This document shows, in pieces, positions 20,580 to 30,511 of a DNA stretch of 64,000 bases. Positions within the stretch are counted from its first letter, which is position 1. Every line of letters begins with the position of its first letter. Position numbers and translations under genes: made by a program. Below the pieces are notes generated by a model, which worked only from the letters and a program-made list of their open reading frames with translations, was not told the DNA's origin and ran no database searches. Origin of the DNA: Gemmiger formicilis (GTDB taxonomy: Bacteria; Bacillota_I; Bacilli_A; RFN20; CAG-826); assembly GCA_963626345.1 (NCBI GenBank), contig CAVFXI010000034.1, positions 5,081 to 69,080 on the forward strand, in the 5' to 3' direction.

Positions 20580-23500
20580 TTAATTCTCAACTTTCTGAAT
20601 TGAATTTAATATAAAATTCAAATCTTGTGTTTTATAGTTTTTAGATAATTTTCCATTAACTAAAATAACATCATTTTTCTTTAATTTATTGATTACATCG
20701 ATATATTTTTCATAGCTATCGCTGAAAACAGTTATATCAATATCATCGTAATCATCATAGGCCTCAATAAAGCACATAGATTTATTGGTTTTAGTTGTTA
20801 TTTTTTTAACATTTCTAAATAAAACTAAAATATTTGCTGTTTCATTTTCTTTTAGGTCGTAATATTGAGAAATTTTAATATTTTGAAATTTTTCTTCGAA
20901 TTTTTTAAGAGGTGAATCACTTAAAATAACGCCGATTGCATCTCTTTCAAGTTGCAATCTCATATCTAAATCATCACTTGCATCAGCATAATAAAATTTA
21001 TATCCTTCATCAACTAAGCTTTCTCCATTATTTGCAAAATGTGCAAGATTCATAGCAGATTGAATAGATTTTTTTAGTGATTGTCTATTTGAATACAATG
21101 AATCAAAAACACCAGCATCAATTATTTTGGAAATTTGGACATCGGTGATTTTTTCTTCGTGTGGTGGAGTCATTCTAGTTACGAAATCTAAAAAATCCTT
21201 AAATTTACCATTTTTATTGCGCTCTTCTATAATATATGCGATAGTTCTCGTTATAATTCCATTTATGGAAGTTAATGGCATATAAAGTGTATTATCTTTA
21301 GTAACGAAATTAAATTCTGAAATATTGATATCTGGAAGATGAACATTTATTCCAGACTTTTTAATTTCACCAATATATTTTGAAAATTTAACATCGTTTT
21401 TGCTATTTTGCGAATCTAATATTGAAGCATAAAACTCTAAAGGATAATAAGCTTTTAAATAGGCCATTTGGGCCGTAATCATTGCATAAGCAATGGCGTG
21501 AGATTTATTAAAACCATATTCAGCAAATCTAGAAATTAAATCATATACTTGGTTAATAACTTGGATTTTATGGCCTTTTTTAAGGGCTCCAGAAATGAAT
21601 TTTGTTTTCATTTCTTCCATTTTATTTTTAATTTTCTTAGCGCAAGCTTTTCTTAAATTATCAGCTTCAGCAAAACTGAATCCTGCAAAATCTTGTGAAA
21701 CAATCATGATTTGTTCTTGATAAATCATGATACCATAAGTTGATTTAAGTGCATTTATAAGTGATGGATCAAGATATGTAACTTTTTCTAATCCTTTTAA
21801 TCTATTTGCATAACTTGGAAGATTAATTCTTGGACCTGGTCTATCAAGTGAAATAAATGCGGCAAGTTCATCAAAATTTCTAGGTTTAAATTGCTTTAAA
21901 GCGCTACTTGCAGCACTTGTATCAAGTTGAAATAGTCCCATTGTTAAGCCTTTTTGAATAGGTTCATAAATTTTAGGATCGTTTAAATCAATTGATTTAA
22001 TATCTACATCAATATTTCTATTTTTCTTAATTAATTTAATGCAATTATCAATAGTTGTGAGGTTTATTAAACCTAAAATATCCATTTTTAAAAAACCTTC
22101 ATCCTCAAGGTAATCTTTTTCATATTGAGTAATTAAACCAATATCATCATTAAATAATGGGATTGCACTATTAAGTGGAACATTATTTAATACGATGCCA
22201 GCGGCATTAATTCCTCTTTGCCTTCCTAATCCTTCGATTAATAATGCTCTTTTATATACTAATTTAAAAGTTGAATCATTATCAATTTCGCGTTTAAAAT
22301 TTGGAAACTTTTCATACGCTTCTTTTAGGGTTGCTTGTTGATTGTTTTTATCGACAATTAATTTTGTAAGTAAAGAAATGTCGTTACTTGAAACACTATA
22401 AATTCTTCCGATATCTCTTAATGCTTGCTTTGCACCAATTGTTTGGACTGTAACGATATTTGCAACTTTATTTCTACCATATTTTTCTTTTAAATAATTA
22501 ACGACTTCTTCACGTTTAGTATCGCTAAAATCGATATCAATATCAGGCATTGTTTGACGTTCTGGATTTAAAAATCTTTCAAAAAGTAAATCATATTTCA
22601 TAGGATCTACATCAGTTATATTTAAAAGATAAGAAATCAAAGCTCCAGCTGCTGAACCTCTACCTGGACCAACAGGAATATCATGAGTTTTTGCAAAATT
22701 AACATAATCTTGAACAATTAAAAAGTAATCACAATAACCCATTTCTTTTATAACTTTATATTCATAATTTAATCTTTTGCGATAATCTTCATGTTCATCA
22801 AGATTAATATTTCGTTTAACTAAGCCTTCTTTCACTTTTTTAATAAGCTCAGTTGGTGCATCGTTTATATTATCCTCGAGTGGAAAATGCAGCATCTCGC
22901 CACGTTTTTTATCAAATTCAAAATTAATTGAATTAAAAATTATATTTAATTCATCGATTTCATTAGCATTATAAAATTTAATGAGTTCATCATCAGTTTT
23001 TAAATGATATAAACTATTTTTAGGTTCATAGTTTAAATCTAATTTAGTTTGATCTCTAATTGCTTTTAATAAATCCAAAACAATTGCATCTTCTTTTTTT
23101 ATGTATTTAATAGTGGAGTGAGCAACTATTTTATAAGAATATTTATAAGCAAAGTTTCTAATTAATTCGTAATGTGGAATTTTTGAGTTTTCTAAACATT
23201 CTAAACCAATATAAAAACTAGAAGGTTCAAAACCTTTTGCAATTGAAGCAAGTTTATTTTTAAGTTCATCGTTAATGTTATCGAATAAAGCCGAAGTAGT
23301 GGAGATTATTATAAATAATCCGCTTGAATTCGCTTTTAATTCATCTATGGTAATTTCTCGTGCATTTATGACGCTAGAGATATTACACAAGTTTTTATAA
23401 CCTTCTTCGTTTTTAATTAATAAAGTAAAAAGAAAATTTTCAACTATAATATCCATTCCAAAAATAGGTTTAATACCATATTTTTTAGCAAGTGAATTAA

Positions 23501-23645
23501 ATTTAGGAAAACCGATTAAAACATTTTTATCGGTTATTGCAATATTTTTAACATTATTTTCTTTTGCAATTTTTAGTATCTCTGAAATTAAAATACCACT
23601 TTCTAAAAAGGAATATTCACTATATATATGGAAAGGAAGATACAT
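20580..23645 (-). CDS. dnaE: DNA polymerase III alpha subunit (DnaE type)
   Basis: 1021 aa. N-terminal PHP domain, polymerase core (GPGRGSAAGALISYLL, PDIDIDF) and a C-terminal OB region. Confidence 0.95.
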   Translation of the reverse strand: MYLPFHIYSEYSFLESGILISEILKIAKENNVKNIAITDKNVLIGFPKFNSLAKKYGIKPIFGMDIIVENFLFTLLIKNEEGYKNLCNISSVINAREITIDELKANSSGLFIIISTTSALFDNINDELKNKLASIAKGFEPSSFYIGLECLENSKIPHYELIRNFAYKYSYKIVAHSTIKYIKKEDAIVLDLLKAIRDQTKLDLNYEPKNSLYHLKTDDELIKFYNANEIDELNIIFNSINFEFDKKRGEMLHFPLEDNINDAPTELIKKVKEGLVKRNINLDEHEDYRKRLNYEYKVIKEMGYCDYFLIVQDYVNFAKTHDIPVGPGRGSAAGALISYLLNITDVDPMKYDLLFERFLNPERQTMPDIDIDFSDTKREEVVNYLKEKYGRNKVANIVTVQTIGAKQALRDIGRIYSVSSNDISLLTKLIVDKNNQQATLKEAYEKFPNFKREIDNDSTFKLVYKRALLIEGLGRQRGINAAGIVLNNVPLNSAIPLFNDDIGLITQYEKDYLEDEGFLKMDILGLINLTTIDNCIKLIKKNRNIDVDIKSIDLNDPKIYEPIQKGLTMGLFQLDTSAASSALKQFKPRNFDELAAFISLDRPGPRINLPSYANRLKGLEKVTYLDPSLINALKSTYGIMIYQEQIMIVSQDFAGFSFAEADNLRKACAKKIKNKMEEMKTKFISGALKKGHKIQVINQVYDLISRFAEYGFNKSHAIAYAMITAQMAYLKAYYPLEFYASILDSQNSKNDVKFSKYIGEIKKSGINVHLPDINISEFNFVTKDNTLYMPLTSINGIITRTIAYIIEERNKNGKFKDFLDFVTRMTPPHEEKITDVQISKIIDAGVFDSLYSNRQSLKKSIQSAMNLAHFANNGESLVDEGYKFYYADASDDLDMRLQLERDAIGVILSDSPLKKFEEKFQNIKISQYYDLKENETANILVLFRNVKKITTKTNKSMCFIEAYDDYDDIDITVFSDSYEKYIDVINKLKKNDVILVNGKLSKNYKTQDLNFILNSIQKVEN

Positions 23646-23649
23646 AGTT

Positions 23650-24651
23650 TTATTTTTCTCCTTTTATAACGACCTCATCTAATCTATCTAATAATTTTGG
23701 AAGTTCAGTTAAGTCAGCAATTTGAGCTCCTGCTGCTTGATCATGACCTCCACCTTTAAATTCTTGAGCAACTTGATTCACTTTATAATTTCTACTTCTT
23801 AAAGAAACTCTAAAACATGGTTCAGTAACATCTTCAGTGACTGAAATCCAAATATTAATTCCTTCGTAATTCGAGAAGAAGTTAACATATTCTTTGCCTT
23901 GATCGCAAGTTAATCCGAGTTCAGTTAAATCTTTTTGTGTTAAAACATAATAACAAACACCATGTTTAGTAATTTTAAAATTAGCCAAAACAAATTTGAT
24001 GAAATCAAGAGACTTCATATCTTTGGTGTACATTTCTTCATAAAGTTTAACGAGGTTAAATCCTTTATTTAAAAGTTCAGCACCAACTTGAAGGGTAAAT
24101 GGAGCAGTGGAACCAAATAAGAATCTTCCATTATCTCCAACCATACCAATATAAAGATATTTTGCAGACTTTGCACTTAATGAATAACCTTCTTTTTCAA
24201 AATAAAGAAGCATTCCAGCAATAATTTCTGAGCATGATGATTTTTCAGTTTGAACTAAACATTCATCATAAACTTTTTCATCGGTTGGATGGTGATCAAT
24301 TTTTAAGATGAAATCAGCCTTTTCATAGCGAGGATCTGCAATTCTTTTTTTATCACCAACATCGCAAATAATAGCTAAAAATGGCTCTTCAGAAAGATAT
24401 GTATCACTTAGTTTATTTACATTAGGAAAAATTTTCCCTGAAAAGACAACGTGATTATCTCCGGCTGTTCTAATTTCTTTATCTTTAAAGTTTTCTTTTA
24501 ACCAAGTTTCTAAACCAAATTGGCATCCAAGCGCGTCAAAATCAGGCATGATATGCCTGAAAATGACTATTCTTTTATATTTTTTTACTTTTTTTAAGAA
24601 TTCTTTATAGAATCCTTTATTTTTCTTAAATTCTTCTTTAATAAAATCCAT
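23650..24651 (-). CDS. nrnA: DHH/DHHA1 phosphoesterase (NrnA-like oligoribonuclease/pAp phosphatase)
   Basis: DHH motif (KIDHHPTD) and DHHA1 motif GGGH. The ATG at 24651 follows AGGTG; the track start at 24660 is GTG. Confidence 0.8.
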   Translation of the reverse strand: MDFIKEEFKKNKGFYKEFLKKVKKYKRIVIFRHIMPDFDALGCQFGLETWLKENFKDKEIRTAGDNHVVFSGKIFPNVNKLSDTYLSEEPFLAIICDVGDKKRIADPRYEKADFILKIDHHPTDEKVYDECLVQTEKSSCSEIIAGMLLYFEKEGYSLSAKSAKYLYIGMVGDNGRFLFGSTAPFTLQVGAELLNKGFNLVKLYEEMYTKDMKSLDFIKFVLANFKITKHGVCYYVLTQKDLTELGLTCDQGKEYVNFFSNYEGINIWISVTEDVTEPCFRVSLRSRNYKVNQVAQEFKGGGHDQAAGAQIADLTELPKLLDRLDEVVIKGEK

Positions 24652-24660
24652 TATCAACAC

Positions 24661-25860
24661 CTATTTTTTAAGAAGCATATCATAGGCATCACGAGCAATC
24701 ATAACTTCTTCATTAGTTGGGATTACAGCAACTTTAATCTTTGATTTTTCGGTTGAAAGAAGACCTTCTTTTCCGCCACGAAGTTCTTTATTTGCTTCTT
24801 CAGAATATTCAACACCTAAAGCTTCCTTAATATTTTCTAAAACAAGTCTACGATATAATGCACTATTTTCGCCAATACCAGCAGAGAATACGATTAAATC
24901 ACAACCACCAAGTCTAACATAATATTGACCAATAAAATCAGCTACTCTTCTTGCCCATAAATCATTAGTTAAAATTGCTTGTTTATTTCCTTCATTAGCA
25001 GCTGCTTCTAAATCTCTTGAATCATCACTAATTCCTGAAACACCTTTTAAACCTGATTGTTTACTGAATTCTTGGAAAATAGTTTCTGGATCTTTTCCAG
25101 TTTGTTTACAAACATAATAGAAAACTGAAGGATCAATATCACCTGTTCTTGTTCCCATCATGATACCACCTGTAGGAGTTAATCCCATTGTAGTAGCGAT
25201 ACTTTTTCCATCCTTGACTGCAGTAATGGAAGCGCCACTTCCTAAGTGACAAATAATCATTTTTGAATGAACATCGCCATTAACATATTTAAGACCTTCT
25301 TGGCTTAAATATTTGTGACTAGTGCCATGAGCTCCATATCTATAAATTAAATATTTTTCAGTATATTCATGTGGGATTGGGAATGTTTTATCAACATCAC
25401 TCATTGTTTGATGGAAAGCTGTATCAAACGAACAAATTCCTGGAGTGTTTGGCAAAACTTTTTGGAAAGCTCTAATTCCAGTTAATTCAGCCGCATTATG
25501 ATTTGGTGAAAGCGGAATTAATGATTCGATTTTGCCTAAAACATCTTCATCAATAACTGCTGATTCACTGAAATATGGTCCACCTTGAACGATACGGTGA
25601 CCAGTTGCTGCGATTTCATCATATGATTTAATGATTCCATCTTTAATTAAAGCATCCATAACAAGTTTAACTGCAACTGCATGGTCTTTAACTGGAAGAA
25701 CTTCTTTATTTGATTTTCCGTTAAATTTAACAGTGAAAATGCCATCATCGTGGCCAATTCTTTCAACGATACCAGAACAAATAACACTTTCTTCTGGCAT
25801 TTCATATAATTTAAATTTTAAACTACTGCTACCGGCATTAACCGCCATTACTTTTGACAT
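24661..25860 (-). CDS. ackA: acetate kinase
   Basis: 399 aa. VNAGSSSLKF N-terminus and an acetate/propionate kinase signature region. SD AAGGAGAAAA. Confidence 0.95.
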   Translation of the reverse strand: MSKVMAVNAGSSSLKFKLYEMPEESVICSGIVERIGHDDGIFTVKFNGKSNKEVLPVKDHAVAVKLVMDALIKDGIIKSYDEIAATGHRIVQGGPYFSESAVIDEDVLGKIESLIPLSPNHNAAELTGIRAFQKVLPNTPGICSFDTAFHQTMSDVDKTFPIPHEYTEKYLIYRYGAHGTSHKYLSQEGLKYVNGDVHSKMIICHLGSGASITAVKDGKSIATTMGLTPTGGIMMGTRTGDIDPSVFYYVCKQTGKDPETIFQEFSKQSGLKGVSGISDDSRDLEAAANEGNKQAILTNDLWARRVADFIGQYYVRLGGCDLIVFSAGIGENSALYRRLVLENIKEALGVEYSEEANKELRGGKEGLLSTEKSKIKVAVIPTNEEVMIARDAYDMLLKK

Positions 25861-25894
25861 ATAATATTTTCTCCTTCTTAAAGTCTTTTTTATT

Positions 25895-25914
25895 ATAGTC
25901 TTTATAAAGACTAT
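25895..25914. promoter_or_regulatory. 20-bp perfect palindrome overlapping the putative ackA promoter
   Basis: ATAGTCTTTA|TAAAGACTAT. On the minus strand its 3' end overlaps a TATAAT hexamer about 35 nt upstream of the ackA ATG. A third AGTCTTT half-site lies at 25882-25888. Confidence 0.4.
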
Positions 25915-25932
25915 TTCATACTAAAAACACAT

Positions 25933-25982
25933 AAAAAAAGCTAGTTCATTCGTGAAACACAAATTGTCACAAATGAACTAGC
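25933..25982 (-). terminator. rho-independent terminator after the MATE gene
   Basis: 11-bp stem GCTAGTTCATT / AATGAACTAGC. On the minus strand it is followed by T7 (plus-strand A-run 25933-25939). Confidence 0.7.
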
Positions 25983-25998
25983 AATGTTCATAGATGAA

Positions 25999-27468
25999 TT
26001 ATAAGCGAATAGTTAAGCCTTTTTTCTTTTCTGCTCTTTTTAAATTATATTTTGGGTTTAAATAAACATTTTTGAATAAACCAATCATTAAGACAATAGT
26101 TGCATTTATCCAAGCAAATCCATCACCAAACATTAAAGCAATATATGAGATATCGCTTGTTGGGTCGGCAGGATTTACCATTGATGGGAAATATAATGAA
26201 ACTACAACTCTAGTTATAAGTTCAGCGACGCCAGCTAAGAATGGGAACAATGGTTTTTCAATTCCTTGAAGTGAATTTCTTCCAACATATAATGTTCCTA
26301 AGAAAATAAATAGCGGCATATTTACATAGAAATAATAGTTTGCATATTTAATTGTTTGAGAATTGATATTACTTGGACTTAAGAATAAATATAAGAAGAA
26401 ACCGTTAATATTTAAAAGTAAACCAAGTGCTCCAAGAATAACTGAACCAACAATGGCAATAATTAAAGCTTGTATCGTACCTTTTCTAACTCTTTCATAT
26501 TCTTTAGCGCCTTCATTTTGACCACAATAAGAAAGCATTGCAGAGCCTAAACCACTTTGGAAAGTCATCAAAGCATTGAATAATTTACTAGCTGTTCCAT
26601 ACCCAAGTTGAGCTGGTTGAGTTGGATCATTACTTGCAACATCAAATCTAACGACTGCACCTTGCATCAAAATAATTCCAACAGCTAAGACACTAAATTG
26701 TAAACCAAGTGGGACACCATTTTTTAAGTGATCTAAAGCATATTTCCAGTCAATATTTAAATCGCTGATTTTAATTTTAAATACATCATACTTTTTATAA
26801 GAATAAATAAAGCATAATATTCCAGATAAAATCTGGGCAATTATTGTTGCAATTGCAGCTCCAGCAACCCCCCATTTAAATGTAACAATAAATAAGATAT
26901 CTAAGAAAACATTAATGATACAACTTAAAAGTAAAAACAATAGTGGAGTTACTGAATCTCCAATTGACCTTAAAACGCTACTAAATAAGTTAAAAAATAA
27001 TTGAGCAAGAGTTCCACAAAAATATATAAAGATATACAAATATGCGTATTCATAAACTGGATTTTCTTTAGTGATATTAATCCATGAAAGCATAATATTT
27101 ATCGATAATAGGCCAATAATTGTTAAAATTACACCGATCAAGAAAGTAATAACAATTTGAATGGCAAATGATTTCTTAACATCTTCTAATTTATTTGCAC
27201 CGAATGCTTTTGCAGTTAATGCACTAAATCCTGATGAACAGCCAAATCCAAATTGTAAAACAATAACAGTTAAACAACCTACGTCATTAATGCCAGCAAT
27301 TTCATTTGCTGATAAATTTTGACCAGCAATTGCTGCATCAGTAATTGTATAGACTTGTTGTAATAATAAAGTTAATAAAATTGGAATACTAAAAAGAATA
27401 ATATTTTTAGTGATATTTCCTTTAGATAAATCAATAGGTTTAAATATATCTTTAATTCTCATACTCAT
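25999..27468 (-). CDS. MATE family efflux transporter
   Basis: 489 aa with about 12 predicted TM segments and a MatE-like duplicated architecture. Confidence 0.88.
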   Translation of the reverse strand: MSMRIKDIFKPIDLSKGNITKNIILFSIPILLTLLLQQVYTITDAAIAGQNLSANEIAGINDVGCLTVIVLQFGFGCSSGFSALTAKAFGANKLEDVKKSFAIQIVITFLIGVILTIIGLLSINIMLSWINITKENPVYEYAYLYIFIYFCGTLAQLFFNLFSSVLRSIGDSVTPLLFLLLSCIINVFLDILFIVTFKWGVAGAAIATIIAQILSGILCFIYSYKKYDVFKIKISDLNIDWKYALDHLKNGVPLGLQFSVLAVGIILMQGAVVRFDVASNDPTQPAQLGYGTASKLFNALMTFQSGLGSAMLSYCGQNEGAKEYERVRKGTIQALIIAIVGSVILGALGLLLNINGFFLYLFLSPSNINSQTIKYANYYFYVNMPLFIFLGTLYVGRNSLQGIEKPLFPFLAGVAELITRVVVSLYFPSMVNPADPTSDISYIALMFGDGFAWINATIVLMIGLFKNVYLNPKYNLKRAEKKKGLTIRL

Positions 27469-27574
27469 TTCTCACGAAACGATATTTTATGATTATTTTT
27501 ATAAGAATCAAGAGGATTTTATATGAAAATTAAAGATTTTATGCAATTCTAATTTTTTCTTAATAAATACTGAT

Positions 27575-28873
27575 TTAGTCAATTTTTTTAAGGTATAAAG
27601 GCTCAGTTAAATTTAATGAATTATTTTTAATGATAATTTCGTTATTAGAAATTAAATCTAAATATTTTCCATCTTCTAAAAGTGAAGATTTTACTTTAAT
27701 ATTATTTTCTGATAAATTAAATAAACCAATGATGTCATCGCTGTTTTTGTATATATTCTTAAAACACAAAGCTTCTGGATTGATGTCTAATGAATTGCTT
27801 TGAATTAAGTTTAAATTATACTCATTTGATTTGAGCGAAATTAATTTTTTAACAAATTCAAAATAATTTAAATCAGTAATTTTTGTAGAAATAGTATCTT
27901 TATCAAATAAATTTGGAAGTTTTTCTTCTTTCGTTTCTTGGCCTCCATAAACAAAACCAGCACCTTTAATAAAGAAAATAAATGCATTTAGATTTCTTCT
28001 TAACTGATCTGATTTTGTAAAAGATGCAATTCTTGGATAATCATGGTTTTCTATGGTTCCGATTTTTAAGGCATCTACTGGCAAACTAACATTTTCATAT
28101 AAGAAAGTATTTTTATAGTATTGTAAATATTTTATTTCTTTTGTTTCTAAGAATTCTCTTAAAAGTTTGTAATTTGAATATCTATAAAGTAAATCAAAAC
28201 CATCTTCGTAAAGTTCTGAATCAGAGCAACAGTTGCCTTCTTTTTCACGCACGAAATTTGCAAATTCAGGATCGATTGCTTCACCTAATAAAATGATATT
28301 TTTATTTATCTCTTTAATTTTTGGAAGGGCATATTTGTAGAATTGATTTGGCAATAAACTTGCTACATCAAATCTATAACCATCAACACCAAGATTTGTG
28401 TAATAAATAAGCACATTAGTGATGTAGTCGATTAATGGTAGATTATTAGTATAATTTAAGTCGTAAACGTCTGACCAATCTCCAAAATGATTGGCAAAAT
28501 TTCCATCTTTATTTCTATAGTAGAATTCTGGATGCTCTTTAATTAAAATACTGTCCCTTGCAGTGTGGTTAAAAACTACATCCATAATTAAAAGCATATT
28601 TCTATTATGCACTTCATTAATCAATTCTTTGAAATCATCTAAAGTACCAAGTTCATGATTTATTTTGTAATAATCTTGTATTGCATATGGAGATCCTAAT
28701 GTGCCTTTTCTTCCATTAATTCCAATTTCATTTATTGGTAATAATTGAATGACCTTTACTCCTAATTCTTTTATATAATCAAGCCTTTTAATTAAAGCTT
28801 TAAAGGTTCCTTCTTCGGTATAATTTCTTACATAAACTTGATAGAAAGTATAAGTTTTTAACTCGTTTTTCAT
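27575..28873 (-). CDS. GH13 alpha-amylase family glycoside hydrolase (cytoplasmic)
   Basis: Conserved GH13 regions: DVVFNHT, GVDGYRFDVAS (nucleophile Asp), LLGEAI (acid/base Glu), IENHD. No signal peptide. Confidence 0.85.
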   Translation of the reverse strand: MKNELKTYTFYQVYVRNYTEEGTFKALIKRLDYIKELGVKVIQLLPINEIGINGRKGTLGSPYAIQDYYKINHELGTLDDFKELINEVHNRNMLLIMDVVFNHTARDSILIKEHPEFYYRNKDGNFANHFGDWSDVYDLNYTNNLPLIDYITNVLIYYTNLGVDGYRFDVASLLPNQFYKYALPKIKEINKNIILLGEAIDPEFANFVREKEGNCCSDSELYEDGFDLLYRYSNYKLLREFLETKEIKYLQYYKNTFLYENVSLPVDALKIGTIENHDYPRIASFTKSDQLRRNLNAFIFFIKGAGFVYGGQETKEEKLPNLFDKDTISTKITDLNYFEFVKKLISLKSNEYNLNLIQSNSLDINPEALCFKNIYKNSDDIIGLFNLSENNIKVKSSLLEDGKYLDLISNNEIIIKNNSLNLTEPLYLKKID

Positions 28874-29187
28874 ATTTTGCCTCTCGTAATTTTATATATA
28901 AATGATTAATAAAAAGTTCATTAAAGTCAATTTATATTTCAATTATTACTAAGTTATCAAATTCTATATAACAAACCTCGTTGATAAAACTTAAATATTA
29001 ATCAAAATTGTGAGTGAGTTTTTTTAGAAAAAATGTTTATTAAATTAATAATTTGTTGCACCTGTTTACAAATAAGAAATATTTATTAAGAACTAATGAA
29101 ATAAAATGATTTTTTATTATCAAAATTCTTGCAACAATCTTATTTATAATTTAAAATTTTAAACTAAAGTAAATGGAGGAAACATAA

Positions 29188-30303
29188 ATGGAAAATATTC
29201 ATGGAAAAGTTATTGGAGAAGGTGTAATTGAACTCCCAACAATGACAAGTATTGATTACGAAGCTGGATTAGCAAAAAGTAAATCATTATTTGGTAAATT
29301 TGGTTGTTCTGCAATTGGAAAAGTTTTATCAAATGGAGATATGGTTGTTGGAAGATCATTAGATCTTTTTTATAGTAATAATCCTGTATACGTTATAAGA
29401 AGTGAAATTCCAGGATTTTATAAAACAGTTGGTTTAGCATACAATGTTTTTGATGGTAAAGATTTTGCTACAGTTAAAGAAAATGGTGTTACTTATGATG
29501 AATTATTAACTCTTTTATTCTTTACAGTTGATATCATGAATGAAAAAGGATTTTATATGGAAGGCAATATGCGTCCTGAACAACCTGCTTCAACTGGTAT
29601 TAAACCTTCAACTGGTACAAATCCAGGTGCAGAGGTAAGTTTATCAATCCCTGCCGTTATTAGATATTTAGGTGAAAGATGTGCTAATGTTGATGAGGCA
29701 TTAAAATTAGTAAAAACATTAAATGTATTTGGTTTATTCTCAGGACATTTAACATGGGCTGGTGCATTTTATATGGCCGATGAATCAGGACATCATGGTG
29801 TATTAGAACTTGTTGATAATAAACTTATTTGGAATGAAGGTGCTACTTGCCAAACTAATTTCTATCTTAATGATGAATATAAAGATAAGGCCACAATTGG
29901 TAGTGGACTTGGAAGATACGATTTATTAATGTCAAAAATTGGCGGAGTTGATAGTGATGAAGATATGCAAAACTTAATGAAACAAGTTAGATATTCTCAA
30001 TTATTAAATCCAAAAACATGTTTATTTGATCCATGCAGTGAATCTTGTGGATTTGGAGAAGAATTCAAAGAAATTGGTGGTGCTTTAACTACTGAAATGG
30101 TTAAAAGTAAAAAATATCATGATTTAATTATGAATTTACTTGAAGAAGAAGGCAAAGTTGAAAGAGCAAAATCATTACAACAACTCAAAGATGAAGGCAC
30201 ACAATGGCTTTCAGTATGGCAAACAGTTGCAAATTGTAATAAGAGATCTTTAACATTTACATGTTTTGAAGATGATTCATTAACATATACATTCAAAATC
30301 TAA
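29188..30303 (+). CDS. choloylglycine hydrolase / linear amide C-N hydrolase family (Ntn hydrolase, peptidase C59-like)
   Basis: FG|CSAIG...VVGRSLDL resembles the Cys-nucleophile / Arg / Asp arrangement of the family, but the Cys is residue 40. SD GGAGGAAA. Confidence 0.7.
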   Translation: MENIHGKVIGEGVIELPTMTSIDYEAGLAKSKSLFGKFGCSAIGKVLSNGDMVVGRSLDLFYSNNPVYVIRSEIPGFYKTVGLAYNVFDGKDFATVKENGVTYDELLTLLFFTVDIMNEKGFYMEGNMRPEQPASTGIKPSTGTNPGAEVSLSIPAVIRYLGERCANVDEALKLVKTLNVFGLFSGHLTWAGAFYMADESGHHGVLELVDNKLIWNEGATCQTNFYLNDEYKDKATIGSGLGRYDLLMSKIGGVDSDEDMQNLMKQVRYSQLLNPKTCLFDPCSESCGFGEEFKEIGGALTTEMVKSKKYHDLIMNLLEEEGKVERAKSLQQLKDEGTQWLSVWQTVANCNKRSLTFTCFEDDSLTYTFKI

Positions 30304-30312
30304 TTAATTTAC

Positions 30313-30351
30313 AAAAAAAGATCATTAGTTTAATTATTAATGATCTTTTTT
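30313..30351 (+). terminator. rho-independent terminator after the Ntn hydrolase gene
   Basis: Stem AAAGATCATTA (30317-30327) pairs with TAATGATCTTT (30338-30348), then a T-run. Confidence 0.8.
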
Positions 30352-30511
30352 ATTACTCATTATTTTGTTTTTTATTATTAACGATTTTATTTCTTTTTTA
30401 AATCAGATTTGAAAAAAGTTGCTTACAAACGATATAATCTTAAATTTATTAAAAGATATTGTATAAAAAATAACCATTCCATATAATTTTAAAGAAGGAT
30501 TGGAAAACGCT

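Noticed and set aside
27511-27552. Plus-strand mini-ORF MKIKDFMQF* with SD AGAGGA between the MATE gene and the amylase gene
   Set aside because: It has 9 codons, is antisense to the MATE 5' region, and has no promoter or terminator evidence. Not supportable as a gene.
29006-29018. lac-operator-like half-site AATTGTGAGTGAG upstream of the Ntn hydrolase gene
   Set aside because: There is no matching inverted half-site nearby, and no LacI-family gene in the window. It is likely chance similarity.
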